A DNA stretch of 63,994 nucleotides, the filler included, from Octopus bimaculoides (Eukaryota): NCBI RefSeq assembly GCF_001194135.2. It is 4 parts of 3 records of this genome, joined end to end, with 100 filler letters (N's around TTAATTAATTAA, not from the genome) between each part and the next. Parts side by side here need not be neighbours in the genome. Positions count along the whole stretch, not along the records: positions 1 to 29,500 come from NC_068989.1; 3 more parts are not named here. The stretch is one strand, 5' to 3'. The position numbers and the translations under genes were made by a program. The notes under the pieces were generated by a model that saw only the letters and a list, made by a program, of their open reading frames with translations, was not told the DNA's origin and made no database searches. Of the stretch, positions 1 to 11,278 are shown one piece after another; within the stretch, counting starts at the first letter, position 1; every line of letters begins with the position of its first letter.

Positions 1-57
<57 letters not shown>

Positions 58-694
58 AAAGACAAAGACAGATGAAAGAACAACAAGTAGGTGTATTAGT
101 TTCAAGATTGGGAAGAATGGAAAAGTCTATGATGTTTTCAGCCTATGCTCTTCAACAGAAAGGATTGAGAAGGAAAAAATTAGAGAGAGATAAAGAGTGT
201 AGGGATTAAATGCTCACCATGATGAAATGGCTGGAAGAAAGAGGCTGAGTGGAAGGGAGATAATAACGGTGACTGACCAAACAAGGGTGCACAAGTGCAT
301 GCATGTATGTGAGAATGGTGTGTGTAAATGTGCATGTGTGAATGGGGGTGAGTGCATGAGTATGTATATGTGGGCAAGCTTAAACTTATGTAGGCCTATC
401 ATGTTTGTGTATGTGTATAAGTAACTATGTGCATACATTTTGTGGAGTGATGTACATTTCATGTACTGGTGTGATGTGTGTGTGCATATGGAAGTGTATA
501 CATGTGTGGGGTTATCATGTGTGTGTGTGTGTGTGTGTGTGTGTGAGTGCAAACACATGGATCTGTATGTGTGTATGGGAGCATGTATGTGTATGTGTAC
601 AGGTAATCTAGTGCGTGCGTTGTGTGGCGTGATGTGCATTTCATGTATTTGTGTGTGTGTGTGTGTGTGCACGCGTGTGCGTGCGTGTGTGTGT

Positions 695-2760
695 GTGGTT
701 ACATTGTTGTCAAGGGATCCCAAGTTAACTCACAGGAGATTTGATCAAATATTAGGGAAAAGCTCAGAGTGAAAGAGCAACAATGAAAAGCATATGTGTG
801 AAGAAATACAATATGGGAGTGGGCTAATGCCTAAAGTTGTTAAGACAAAGAATAAGAATAAAGAAAAGGAGAAGGGGACGAGAAGGGGGAAAACTTTTGG
901 TAATATTGAGGCTGGCTAGAGGAAGGTCTTTGTGAATATAGGCTGGGATCATTTACTATGTCAGCTGTAAACAAATAAATAATTATATAGTTACACCAGT
1001 ATATAGACATTTGAACAGAATCAAAGAAAATAAAAGGGAGGAATCTTGGAGATAAGAATGCCAGGAGGAGAAGGGAAAGAGAAAATTTAGGAGTGGTAGT
1101 AAGTTGAAATTTGTTAGAAGAGAGGGCGAAAGAGAGGGAGGTGGGAGGTAATATTTCTGGTCAATAGGGGAACATAGAAGTTCAAGGTAAATTGGTAATT
1201 TATCACTTAACAGTAAAGCTATACAAGCACATATTAGCACACATGCACATATTTTCTTTGTGCACCTGTAGTATCTTATAGGTGTACATGCTTGCGTAGA
1301 CATCTGCATATGCTCATGTACAGAAGGAAGATATAGGGAGTTCAAGCAGTTAAGAAAAAATATAAAATATAAAAATATAAAGGTAGTTAGAAAGTAGTCT
1401 GTTATAAATACATAGAACATAGAAGTTAGAGAATTACAGCGGGTGGGGGGTGGCGCTATTATTTGTACATAATCGATGTCTACAATTAAAAATTAGATGG
1501 TTTCATTCATTCAGACAATTGGTGGATTGCATAATAGAAAAGACTTCGGTGATGTATAGATCACATTTGTAGATAGTGGAATACGGTGTATACTTTGCAT
1601 TTTATCTAAAAGGGCAGATGNNNNNNNNNNNNNNNNNNNNNNNNNNNNNNNNNNNNNNNNNNNNNNNNNNNNNNNNNNNNNNNNNNNNNNNNNNNNNNNN
1701 NNNNNNNNNNNNNNNNNNNNNNNNNNNNNNNNNNNNNNNNNNNNNNNNNNNNNNNNNNNNNNNNNNNNNNNNNNNNNNNNNNNNNNNNNNNNNNNNNNNN
1801 NNNNNNNNNNNNNNNNNNNNNNNNNNNNNNNNNNNNNNNNNNNNNNNNNNNNNNNNNNNNNNNNNNNNNNNNNNNNNNNNNNNNNNNNNNNNNNNNNNNN
1901 NNNNNNNNNNNNNNNNNNNNNNNNNNNNNNNNNNNNNNNNNNNNNNNNNNNNNNNNNNNNNNNNNNNNNNNNNNNNNNNNNNNNNNNNNNNNNNNNNNNN
2001 NNNNNNNNNTTGGTGGATTGCATAATAGAAAAGACTTCGGTGATGTATAGATCACATTTGTAGATAGTGGAATACGGTGTATACTTTGCATTTTATCTAA
2101 AAGGGCAGATGTGGTGCTGGATTTATGGAAGGATGATTGCTCCTTATAGGGATGTATTCAATCGGATTCTTATATTCGGCATGTTGTAGGGCACAGTTAT
2201 AATATTCAGCGTATTGCTTGAATATTTCATTATTGGTGGATAGGGATGAGATCCTGTAAGATACACTGTCCACAATGGATTTTAAGACAGATGGTGGGGT
2301 TATTGGAGGAAAAGTTAACATAGTTAAAGTTCTCACTGGGTTTATGGTACAGGTAGAATGAGTTTTTTGTAAATCTAGAATGACATCTAGGAAATTAGCT
2401 GTTTTCATACTGTAAATGAAAGAAACGCTAAGGCCCAAATTTAAAAAAAGTATCTGATTTTTTAAAGTTGTTCTATTTTACAGCTACTAGAGTTCTGGAT
2501 GGCAAACAGAGCATTATTCCTGTATAGACCACCAGAAATTGGTGGGAATTGGGAATTGATCCTGGAGACATGGAGCAAGGTTGGTAACTTAGGCTGAGTC
2601 GCTTACCCCCATTGGGATATCGAAATAGTTAGAGGTGTCTTTATAGGCCCAGAATTTTCCATTGAATTTTACAATAGTTTGACGGGCTGACCGGATAATA
2701 TCAATATCATCTTGAGTAAGGTTAGAATGTTTCTGTGCAAATATGAGGGCTTTAGGGGAT
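695..2760 (-). mobile_element. Decayed, 5'-truncated Penelope-like retroelement (RT + GIY-YIG remnants)
   Basis: The minus strand gives frameshifted PLE RT motifs: TQDDIDIIRSARQTIVKFNGKFWAYK, YFDIPMG, LYR(D)NALF, NFLDVILDL...SIVDSVSYRISSLSTNNEIF (ORF 2097-2438). These are followed by CP..., YKCDLY...NHLIFNCRHR, which resembles the GIY-YIG nuclease. Stops and frameshifts occur throughout. Confidence 0.8.
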
Positions 2761-2990
2761 TATGCTGTTCTCTCACTCCATGCTTTCCACTAATTTTTTG
2801 ATCAAATCTCCTGTGAGTTATCTTGGGATTTCTTGATGACAATGCAACCTTCATTTAACAACGGTATCTTTGGTGTGATGAGTAGCTAGTGAAATACTCC
2901 TCATTGAGTAATTACAACTTCCGAGGTTCTGCTAGCTAGGAAACATATGTAGCCTGGATTTTACCAGCTCCATTTCCTAAATATGGATAT
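2761..2990 (+). repeat. Inverted copy of the Penelope 3' end (pseudo-LTR) with two hammerhead-ribozyme-like motifs
   Basis: 2765-2855 is the reverse complement (roughly 75% by eye) of 695-785. It is followed by gTGATGAG-TAGCTAGT-GAAA-TACTC..GAGTA (2875-2910) and CTGCTAGCTAG-GAAACATATGT-AGCCTGG (2929-2957). Confidence 0.6.
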
Positions 2991-3959
2991 ATATCTACAC
3001 ACACACATGATATGTGTATATNNNNNNNNNNNNNNNNNNNNNNNNNNNNNNNNNNNNNNNNNNNNNNNNNNNNNNNNNNNNNNNNNNNNNNNNNNNNNNN
3101 NNNNNNNNNNNNNNNNNNNNNNNNNNNNNNNNNNNNNNNNNNNNNNNNNNNNNNNNNNNNNNNNNNNNNNNNNNNNNNNNNNNNNNNNNNNNNNNNNNNN
3201 NNNNNNNNNNNNNNNNNNNNNNNNNNNNNNNNNNNNNNNNNNNNNNNNNNNNNNNNNNNNNNNNNNNNNNNNNNNNNNNNNNNNNNNNNNNNNNNNNNNN
3301 NNNNNNNNNNNNNNNNNNNNNNNNNNNNNNNNNNNNNNNNNNNNNNNNNNNNNNNNNNNNNNNNNNNNNNNNNNNNNNNNNNNNNNNNNNNAAAATCACA
3401 AAATTTACTGAGAAAAATATCAATGCACAACCTTTCACATGAAACCATTTTCAGTGACTAACAACAAAACAGATGTTACTGCCCAAGCTTGTAGTGTTTG
3501 GTGCGCTGACAGTGCCAGAATTTGACCTGACTTACGTTTTGTTTCTGACTTCTAAAAATGTATTATTAGTTTTGAAAACAAATTAAGATCAAAGTTATAT
3601 GATGATATTGTAGGAAAAAATTTTCTTTTAAATTAGTTTTAGTTTAGGAATTTTAAATTAATTTAAACATACAACTTCTTACCATGAAAATGAACATGTG
3701 ACTGCGCTGTCAAAGTTGTCACACACCCTTCACCATTAATTTTTTGCCATTCTCCCTTTATCCTATGATATGTCCAATACCATATCATGATACAATGTGC
3801 TGTGAGGTGTGCAGTGTTATTTTAGGACACCCACCACCAAATTTCAAGCAGGAGTATAACAAAAGTTTTCCATTATTATTTTTGATTAAATTAATTCAGA
3901 GCCAAGGTCGAATGGATAGAGAACTGTCTAGAAATAGCATATTATCTCTTCTATCTAGC

Positions 3960-5392
3960 AGTATGTCATTCATAATTACTTCAGTAATTAACTTTATGGA
4001 GGATAAGAACTTTATGAAACAACTTATTCGCCATTGCTTACTGTATAAGTTTCAAAAGAATAGTACCACTACAGTAGCAATGAAAAACATTTGTGAAGTG
4101 TATCCAGATGCAATGAAAGCTTGTACATGTCAGCTGTGGTTTAAAAGGTTTAAAGATGGTATATCTGATGAACCTCAGTCTGAAAGACAACCCACTCTGA
4201 TTGACACCCCTTGCAAGATGAGACTTGACCGAACAACTATAAATAGTAGTGATCTGAGGGAGAAACAGAGACAGAGTAGGTGTTAATCACAGGAAGTCAT
4301 AAGGTGTCGTTTTGGTAGTTTGTTGAAATATCGTTTGTTAGTTCATGTATAGTTTGTGGAGAGTTTGTTGGATTGTTACATTGTTGTTACCCTGCTTCAT
4401 TATATACGTTTATTATTACTACATGGTTATAGTGTAAACAAGTATCATCATAAATAGCGGTGATACGACAATAATTGGAGAGACGAGTAACTATGTTACA
4501 ATAGGATAAAACTATTGTATCAGATCCCTGTCAAAGTACCAGAGATTTGGTACAAAAATTTAATGTGTCATATTCAACTATCCACAAACATCTTGAGCAA
4601 ATTGGGAAAACATGCAAAGAGGGAATTTGGGTTCCACATGAGCTTAAGCTTGAGAACCAATCATACTGTTTCCCCATCTGCAACAGTCTTCTAGCCAGGA
4701 ATAACAACCTGTTATTTCTGAAGCACATAGTTACAGGTAATATAAAATGGGTTTTGCATCACAACAGAAAATGAAAAAGACAATGGTTATCACGTAATGA
4801 GAGTCCAGTGCCAACACCAAAACCAGAATTCCATCCACAAAAATCCTTGCTCTGTGTTTGGTGGAACATAAAAGGTATCATCCGTTACGAGCTACTGGAA
4901 CATCGAAAGACCATCAATGTAGATGTCTGTTGCCAGCAATTTGATCATATAAATGAAAACATTACATAAAAAGTGGCCAGCTTTGGTAAACAGAAAAGGT
5001 GTTATTCTCCAGCATGACAATGCATGGCCACTCTCTTCAAAGCAAACCCAAGAAAAAATAAGATCATAAGGATGGAGAAGTTCTTCCACATCCTCCACAC
5101 TTGCCTGACTTGGCACTTACAGATTTCCATCTGTTCTAATCACTAGAACATTTTATAACTGGCAAAACATTCAGAAACAGAGAGGAAGTTGAAAACAGTC
5201 TTTCAGACTTTTTTCTGAAAGAGAAATAAGTTTCTTTGAATGTGACATAAAAAAGTTACTTTCCCATTTGGCTGCAGTCATTGAAAACAATAGTGATTAC
5301 ATTCTTGATTAAAACTATTCAGATAAATGTAGTTTACATTCGTTTCTATATCTTTTCTGGTAAAACGTAATTACTTTCTGAACACCTGAATA
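3960..5392 (+). mobile_element. Decayed mariner (DD34D-type) transposon, interrupted by an insertion
   Basis: IRHCLLYKFQK..CQLWFKRFKDG..DEPQS, WVPHEL, IVTGNIKWVLHHN, VILQHDNAWP and LPHPPHLPDLALTDFHLF motifs are present. A mariner-type right TIR (cgtaattactttctgaacacctgaata) lies at ~5366-5392. The left TIR is not seen. Confidence 0.85.
4212..4500. mobile_element. ~290-bp insertion inside the mariner ORF, possible solo LTR
   Basis: It splits the mariner linker between ...PTLIDTP and IKTIVSDPCQSTRDL. It starts TGCAAGAT, ends ATGTTACA (imperfect terminal inverted repeat, TG...CA) and has an internal TATAAATA. No TSD is visible. Confidence 0.35.
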
Positions 5393-5404
5393 TATATATT
5401 CTTT

Positions 5405-5620
5405 TATTCTTTTATTGGTCTCAGTCATTTTACTGTGGCCATGCTGGAGCACCACCTGGAAGTATTTTAGTCAAACAAATCGACAACTTATTTTTTAAGC
5501 TGAGAACTTATTCTATTGGTGTCTTTTGCTGAACCGCTAAGTTATGGGGAAGTAAACACACCAACACTGGTTGTCAAGCAGTGATTGGGACACACACACA
5601 GACACAAAGACACACACACA
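5405..5620 (-). mobile_element. 3' fragment of tRNA-derived SINE family A
   Basis: Matches the 3' part of the fuller copy at 60762-61140 (cagtcattt..gccatgctggagcacc..ttgctgaaccgctaagttatggg). Confidence 0.75.
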
Positions 5621-5647
5621 TAGATATACATAAGCATACACACACAT

Positions 5648-5682
<35 letters not shown>

Positions 5683-5685
5683 GAG

Positions 5686-6573
5686 AGAGCAATAAGAAAA
5701 TGGAGGGGATTAATAGGTGGTATTCATCAACTCATAGACATTATATTATGTTAATTTATTTATTTACCAAAAGGACAATTATAACAATATACATACATGT
5801 ATAACATATTATGCCCTACATATATAATATAGAGAATATAAAATACACACATACATACATACATACATACATACATACATACATACACACNNNNNNNNNN
5901 NNNNNNNNNNNNNNNNNNNNNNNNNNNNNNNNNNNNNNNNNNNNNNNNNNNNNNNNNNNNNNNNNNNNNNNNNNNNNNNNNNNNNNNNNNTATATTGATT
6001 TTATAAATTACAATATTACTCCTCTTATAACTTTCTCATATCTCTGTTTATATTTTATCTACTATGAATAATATAATGCATCTAATAATAATAATAATTG
6101 ATTCATTTGTATGAATATACAGGCACTTATGCAGTTACATTTAAGTGTAGGTATATGTATTTATGTATATGTATGTATATGTAAAAGTATATATATATGT
6201 GTGTATTTATATTTATATCTTAACCTTATGTACTTTCTAAAATCTCTGATGAAGCCTAGAGAAACACCCAAGTACCTCAATTTCATCTATTAATTACTTC
6301 AGCCCACTGGAGGGATAAAAATAGAATGAGGTTATTTTTGCCTCTTGGCTGAAATAGCTGTAAGATATTATGCCAATCTCTATTGCTATATGTTATATTT
6401 TAATAATTACTGATATTTTATATTTTATATATTATATATGTAAGGCATAATATGTCATATATGTATGTATATTGTTATAATTGTCCTTTTAGTAAATAAA
6501 TAAATTGACATAATATAATGTCTATAAGTTGATGAATACCACCTATTGATCCCCTCCATTTTCTTATTGCTCT
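5686..6573. repeat. Foldback element: ~155-bp inverted arms at 5686-5844 and 6421-6573
   Basis: The arms are directly readable as reverse complements (gcaataagaaaatggaggggat..ggacaattataacaatatacatac..), about 90% identical by eye. Confidence 0.85.
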
Positions 6574-6774
6574 ATAAACTAATGGTAAAATAATTCTTTA
6601 CCCTCACCCATTTATTACACTTGGTAATGTAATTGTCATGCAATGAAAAAACACTTGTGTAATAATAATTGGGTATATTGGATAGATACTATCCCTTAGT
6701 TGGTTGGATTCACAACCTCTAACTTTCTTAGATNNNNNNNNNNGCAATAGAAAGCTCCAGCTAAGTCACAAGTA

Positions 6775-6890
6775 TTTACTCACAATCAACTTTTATTTCC
6801 TGTTTTACAAGTGTTCAATGTTGCCACCACCTGCAGCACAGGCAACATCAATGCAATAAGAGAATTCCTCCCAGATGCATATTAGCATGT
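6775..6890 (-). mobile_element. C-terminal fragment of a Tc1/mariner-superfamily transposase
   Basis: The minus strand reads MLICIWEEFSYCIDVACAAGGGNIEHL*, a typical transposase C-terminus. Confidence 0.6.
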
Positions 6891-8480
6891 TCGGATGGTG
6901 CTTTTTACATGCCACCAGCACAGGGAGCCAGTCAGGCGGCACTGGCAATGACCCATGCATGAATGGTGCTTATTGCGTGCCACCAGCACAGGAGCCAGTC
7001 AGGCAGCACAGGCATTGGCCACAACTACAATTTCCAGTTTGATTTCGATTTGTTTGAGATTCCGATTGTGATTTTGATTTTGGTTTTTGATGTTACTTGA
7101 CTCAATAGGTCTTCTTAAGCATAGCATGTTGCCTGATGATTCAAAGGTACTTCTTAAATGGGCTGGTTATGCAACACTAGTATAGGCTATGGCTGTGATC
7201 TCACTTTACTTGCCGGGTTTTCTCAATCACAGCATATCTCCAGAGGTCTCAGTCTCTTGTCATTGCCTCTGTGAGGCCCAACGTTTGAAGGTCATGTGTC
7301 ACCACCTCATCCCATGTCTTCCTGGGTCTCCTTCCACTGTTAGGGAGTGACACTTCTTCACACAGCTCTCCTCATCCATACACAGCACATGACCATACCA
7401 GCGCAGTCGTCTCTCTTGCACACCACATCTGATACTTCTTACGTCCAACATTTCTCTCGGGGTGCTTACACTCTGTCATGTATGCACACTGACATTACAC
7501 ATTCAGTGGATCATACTAGCTTCATTTCTTTCAAGCCTACGTATGTCCTCAACAGTCATGCCCCATGTTTCACTGCTGTGTAGCATGGCAGTATGCATAC
7601 ATGCATCATACACCTTTCACTCTGAGTGAGATGCCCTTTGTCACTCAGAGGTAGAAGCTCTCTGAACTTTGCCCAGGTTATTCTTATTCTAGTGGCAACA
7701 CTCTCAGAGCATCCGCTCCCACTACAGACTTGGTCATCTAGGTAGCAGAAGCTCTCAACTACTTCTAGTTTCTCCCCTTCGCATGTGATGGAATCTGTTT
7801 TCTGAGCATCTTCGGTATTTATTGCTCCTGTGCATCTGCCACACACAAAAGCTATCATCCTGTTTAACCTTCCTTTGATGTTGCTGCACCTCTTATGCCT
7901 CCATAGTTTACACTGGGTACATCTTATGGAGTTTCTACCTACACCTTTTCTATAGATCAAGTGGGACCATCTACCTGAAGGGGTTTGTGATTTGTTTGTC
8001 TTCCTACTTACTAGGACTTTGGTTTTTGCAACATTGAGTCTAAGGCCCTTCGATTCTAAACCTTCTTCCACACCTGAAATTTCTTCTCTAGTTCTATGAG
8101 GTCATCAGCATAGAAGAGCTCCCAGGGGCAGTTTGTCTTGAATTCATCCGTTATTGCCTGCAGGACTATGATGAATAAGTGGGGGTTGAGGACTGATCCT
8201 TGGTGGACCCCTATCCAGAATTCTTCACTGTACTCATTTCTAACTCTTACCTTATTGACAGCATCCTTGTACAGGGCCTATACAGCTCTTATTAACTACT
8301 AGTCTATCCCTAGTTTCTGCATTGCCCACCAGATAAAGGATCGGGGTACCCTGTCAAAGGCTTTCTCCAAGTCAACAAAAGCCAAGTATAGGGGTTTATC
8401 TTTGGCTAGGTATTTCTCCTGAGGTTACCTTACTAGAAATATAGCATCAGTGGTGCTTCTACTTGACACAAAACTGAACT
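6890..8480 (-). mobile_element. Decayed RTE-clade LINE (RT C-terminal half + 3' UTR)
   Basis: YLAKDKPLYLAFVDLEKAFDRVP, VHQGSVLNPHLF, LFYADDL, GLRLNVAKTKVL and KLEVVESFCYL motifs (ORF 7556-8071), with frameshifts. Confidence 0.9.
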
Positions 8481-8549
8481 GCATCTCATATATACTTACA
8501 TGTGTGTGTGTGTGTGTCATTAATGCTACCCCAACCTAGTCCCATAATC

Positions 8550-9292
8550 CAGGGTCACCAACTACTGGGCTGCAAACCAGTACCGGGTTACACAAGAGGA
8601 TTGACCTGCAAGAACACTGCCATGTAAAAAGCACCTGTGCCAGTGTCATATAAAAAGCACCGAGCACACTCTGTGAAGTGGTTGACATTAGGAAAGGTAT
8701 CTAACTGTTAAAACCAAGTCGAATCAGACTGGAACTTGGTGCAGTTCTCCTGCTTGCCAGCTCTGGTCGAACTGTCCAACTCAAGCCAACATGGAAAGCA
8801 GACATTAAAGGATGATGATGATGATGATTTATTATATATAGCACTTGTGCTGGTGGCACGTTAGAAAATCATTCGCGCAAGGTCATTGTCAGTGCCACTG
8901 GACTGGCTCCCGTGAAGGTGGCATGTAAAAAATACCTTTTTGAGCGTGGCCGTTACCAGTACCATGTGACTGGCCCTTGTGCTGGTGGCACGTAAAAGCA
9001 CCCACTACACTCTTGGAGTGGTTGGTGTTAGGAAGGGCATCCAACAGTAGAAACTCTGCCAGATCAGATTGGTGCCTGGTGCAGCCTTCTGGCTTGCCAG
9101 TCCTCAGTCAAATCGTCCAACCCATGCTTGCATGGAAAGCGGACGTTAAACGATGATGATGATGATGTTATAATTAAAACATATATTAAGCACTTCATTG
9201 TGTTATGTTATGTTATGTGCATGATACACTGGTCTGTGAGAAAATGTTTGCATGAAATGAGTCTGCAGTGCAAAACGTTTTGAGGACCACTG
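8550..9292. mobile_element. hAT/Charlie (MER1-like) non-autonomous element carrying two nested RTE 3'-tail copies (~8590-8827, ~8840-9168, + strand)
   Basis: Ends are cagggtcaccaactactgggctgcaaaccagtaccgg and gcaaaacgttttgaggaccactg. The internal RTE 3' UTR copies end in (GAT)n tails. No 8-bp TSD was recovered. Confidence 0.55.
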
Positions 9293-9799
9293 GTGTAAGC
9301 CTTTACCTGGAAGTGACTAATGGTTCTTGCTTGGATGAACATCTTAACTACACATTACATGTGTGTGTTGATTGTTGCTAAATTCCTCTCATACGAGAAA
9401 CTACCTATGATGTTCTAACCAGAGGAGAGACTTTTACCTCATCCACTTAATACTGGAAACAAATTGCAGTGGGGGAAGAGATGTCAAAAGCTAAAAAGCT
9501 AAGAAACTGAAGGCACAGCTGATCTGTATGACAAAATTATTTCCAATTTTTGCTGTTAGAGGCTACTACTGTTGTTATCCACAAAGACATCCCCCACCCC
9601 CTTTTATTTAAAATTTTTTTTGCAATAAACCTGGCAGCAAATTGTCTAACATATTTTTTTTAAGACGGTAGTGTTTGATTTTAGGGGAATTTGGCTGCTC
9701 TTTCCAGCCGCTCATGCGACCGTATAGAGGTCCCCTCGTCAGCTAGATGACATGAGGTGAGCTGCAAGTGTGAATGTAAGATATGCCTAGAAAGATGAA

Positions 9800-10220
9800 G
9801 AAAAAAAGTGACTGAATGACTATGACGTCACAAAAATAGTAGCCTTTGATTAGCTGTTTGGTCTGTAGTTGTAGAAAGTCTGGTATTTTGCATCCCGGAA
9901 AGACTGCTTGTTGGAATGGCGAGGAGTCAAGGCTACCTGAGAAGAAGAATGAAAATAGAAGGTAACGACGACGTCTTAGGTAAACAACAGTAAAGTGGAA
10001 AGAAGAAATATGTTAACTTAAAACATATATTTGCTTGAATGTAGTTCCGGAATGAGTGAACAATTACAGCATCTACACATGCCTATGCTTTTGTACGGTG
10101 TGTTGTTTGTCAGAGAAATGTGAGACGTTATCGGCCCAACAGCTGTAACGTAGACGAGTCTTCTGCAATGATCCTCCGCGATGAACAGGCAATCTAACAT
10201 GAAATATATCCTGCCATGTA
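9800..10220 (+). promoter_or_regulatory. Putative promoter/first-exon region of the Rnd-like gene
   Basis: A locally CpG-richer unique stretch ~1 kb upstream of the coding exon. It has a perfect CRE palindrome TGACGTCA (9823-9830), CCGGAA ETS-like words, and donor-like sites at 9962 (AAG|GTAACG) and 10218 (GTAAGC). Confidence 0.4.
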
Positions 10221-10606
10221 AGCTAGTGTGTTGTTGGGGTGCTTACATCAATTTTATTTATAATTTTGCACAAACCTCACCCACCAAACGTTTCAGCCTC
10301 AATATACATTCTGTCACTGCAATGAAGTTTACGTATCGTTTGTAAATTATTTATCGAGGAATAACGAAATTATCAAAAAAGTATCTCAGCTTTGAAAAAC
10401 ATTCTGGAAACTTTCAGAACAGAAAAATTGTAATTGTAGTTCTGTCTTAATTTAGCTATTTATATTATTATTTTCTAGTATTGGATTTTAACTTCATTTA
10501 CCACTATTACGTTACGTATATCTAATGTGCTATGATCTGTACACACGTATTTCTTGATTGATATTCTTTAGGCTATAAACTCTACGCCCCCCCCNNNNNN
10601 NNNNNN

Positions 10607-10648
<42 letters not shown>

Positions 10649-11167
10649 GTGTGTGTGTGTGTTTCTCTAGATTATTGTCCTGGTACGTCTTGTCTTACTC
10701 CATGAAGTTGATTGTAATTTATTTTTACTTATTTCAAGTATACATTGGTAACTTCATGAAATGTACTACATTCTAACACTGACAAATTTTTATTGTTTTT
10801 GGAATAAGTCAAGAAAAATGATTTCATCCAATAGACAAATTTTTTGATGAACATATTACTGGCAGTGAACTGGATTTCTTCAATAGACGACAAACTTGCT
10901 GCCGTATATTTATCTCATTTATCTAACTATATTTAGTTCCAGTCCATAACTTGAACACATATAATTCAAATAAAACAAACTTATAGCTGCATTGACAAGA
11001 ACAATACAGTAGTAGTAATAATAATAATAGTTGTATAAGTAATATTTTTCTAATTAGGCACAAGGCCAATTTTGAAAGCTAATAAAATCATTCGCACTGT
11101 TATTTCTGGTACAACTTATGCGAATGTTAGTGTGAAAGTTGAAATCGTTGGTGGTGTGGTTTTGAAT

Positions 11168-11278
11168 ATGAATCCAATCAGTGGGACATGTGTACGATCC
11201 AAGTTGGTCATTGTCGGCGACTGTGCTTGTGGCAAAACTTCTTTGATTCATCGATATGTCAATGGAGCCTTTTTAGAG
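11168..11278 (+). CDS. RND: Rnd/RhoE-like atypical Rho GTPase, coding exon 1 (MNPISGTCVRSKLVIVGDCACGKTSLIHRYVNGAFLE)
   Basis: Rho-family G1 P-loop KLVIVGDCACGKTS. The ATG is at 11168, with a consensus donor GAG|GTAAGT at 11279 (phase 0). An upstream acceptor at 11057 leaves the frame open, so the true start may lie further 5'. Confidence 0.9.

Noticed and set aside
6246-6300. Stand-alone functional hammerhead at CTGATGAAGCCTAGAGAAAC
   Set aside because: I could not form stem I or a convincing stem II around the core. It is kept only as a note in the foldback finding.
10166-10181. Minus-strand CGCGGAGGATCATTG resembling the 18S rRNA 3' end
   Set aside because: Only ~13 nt match, with no flanking rRNA sequence. 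This is a chance similarity.
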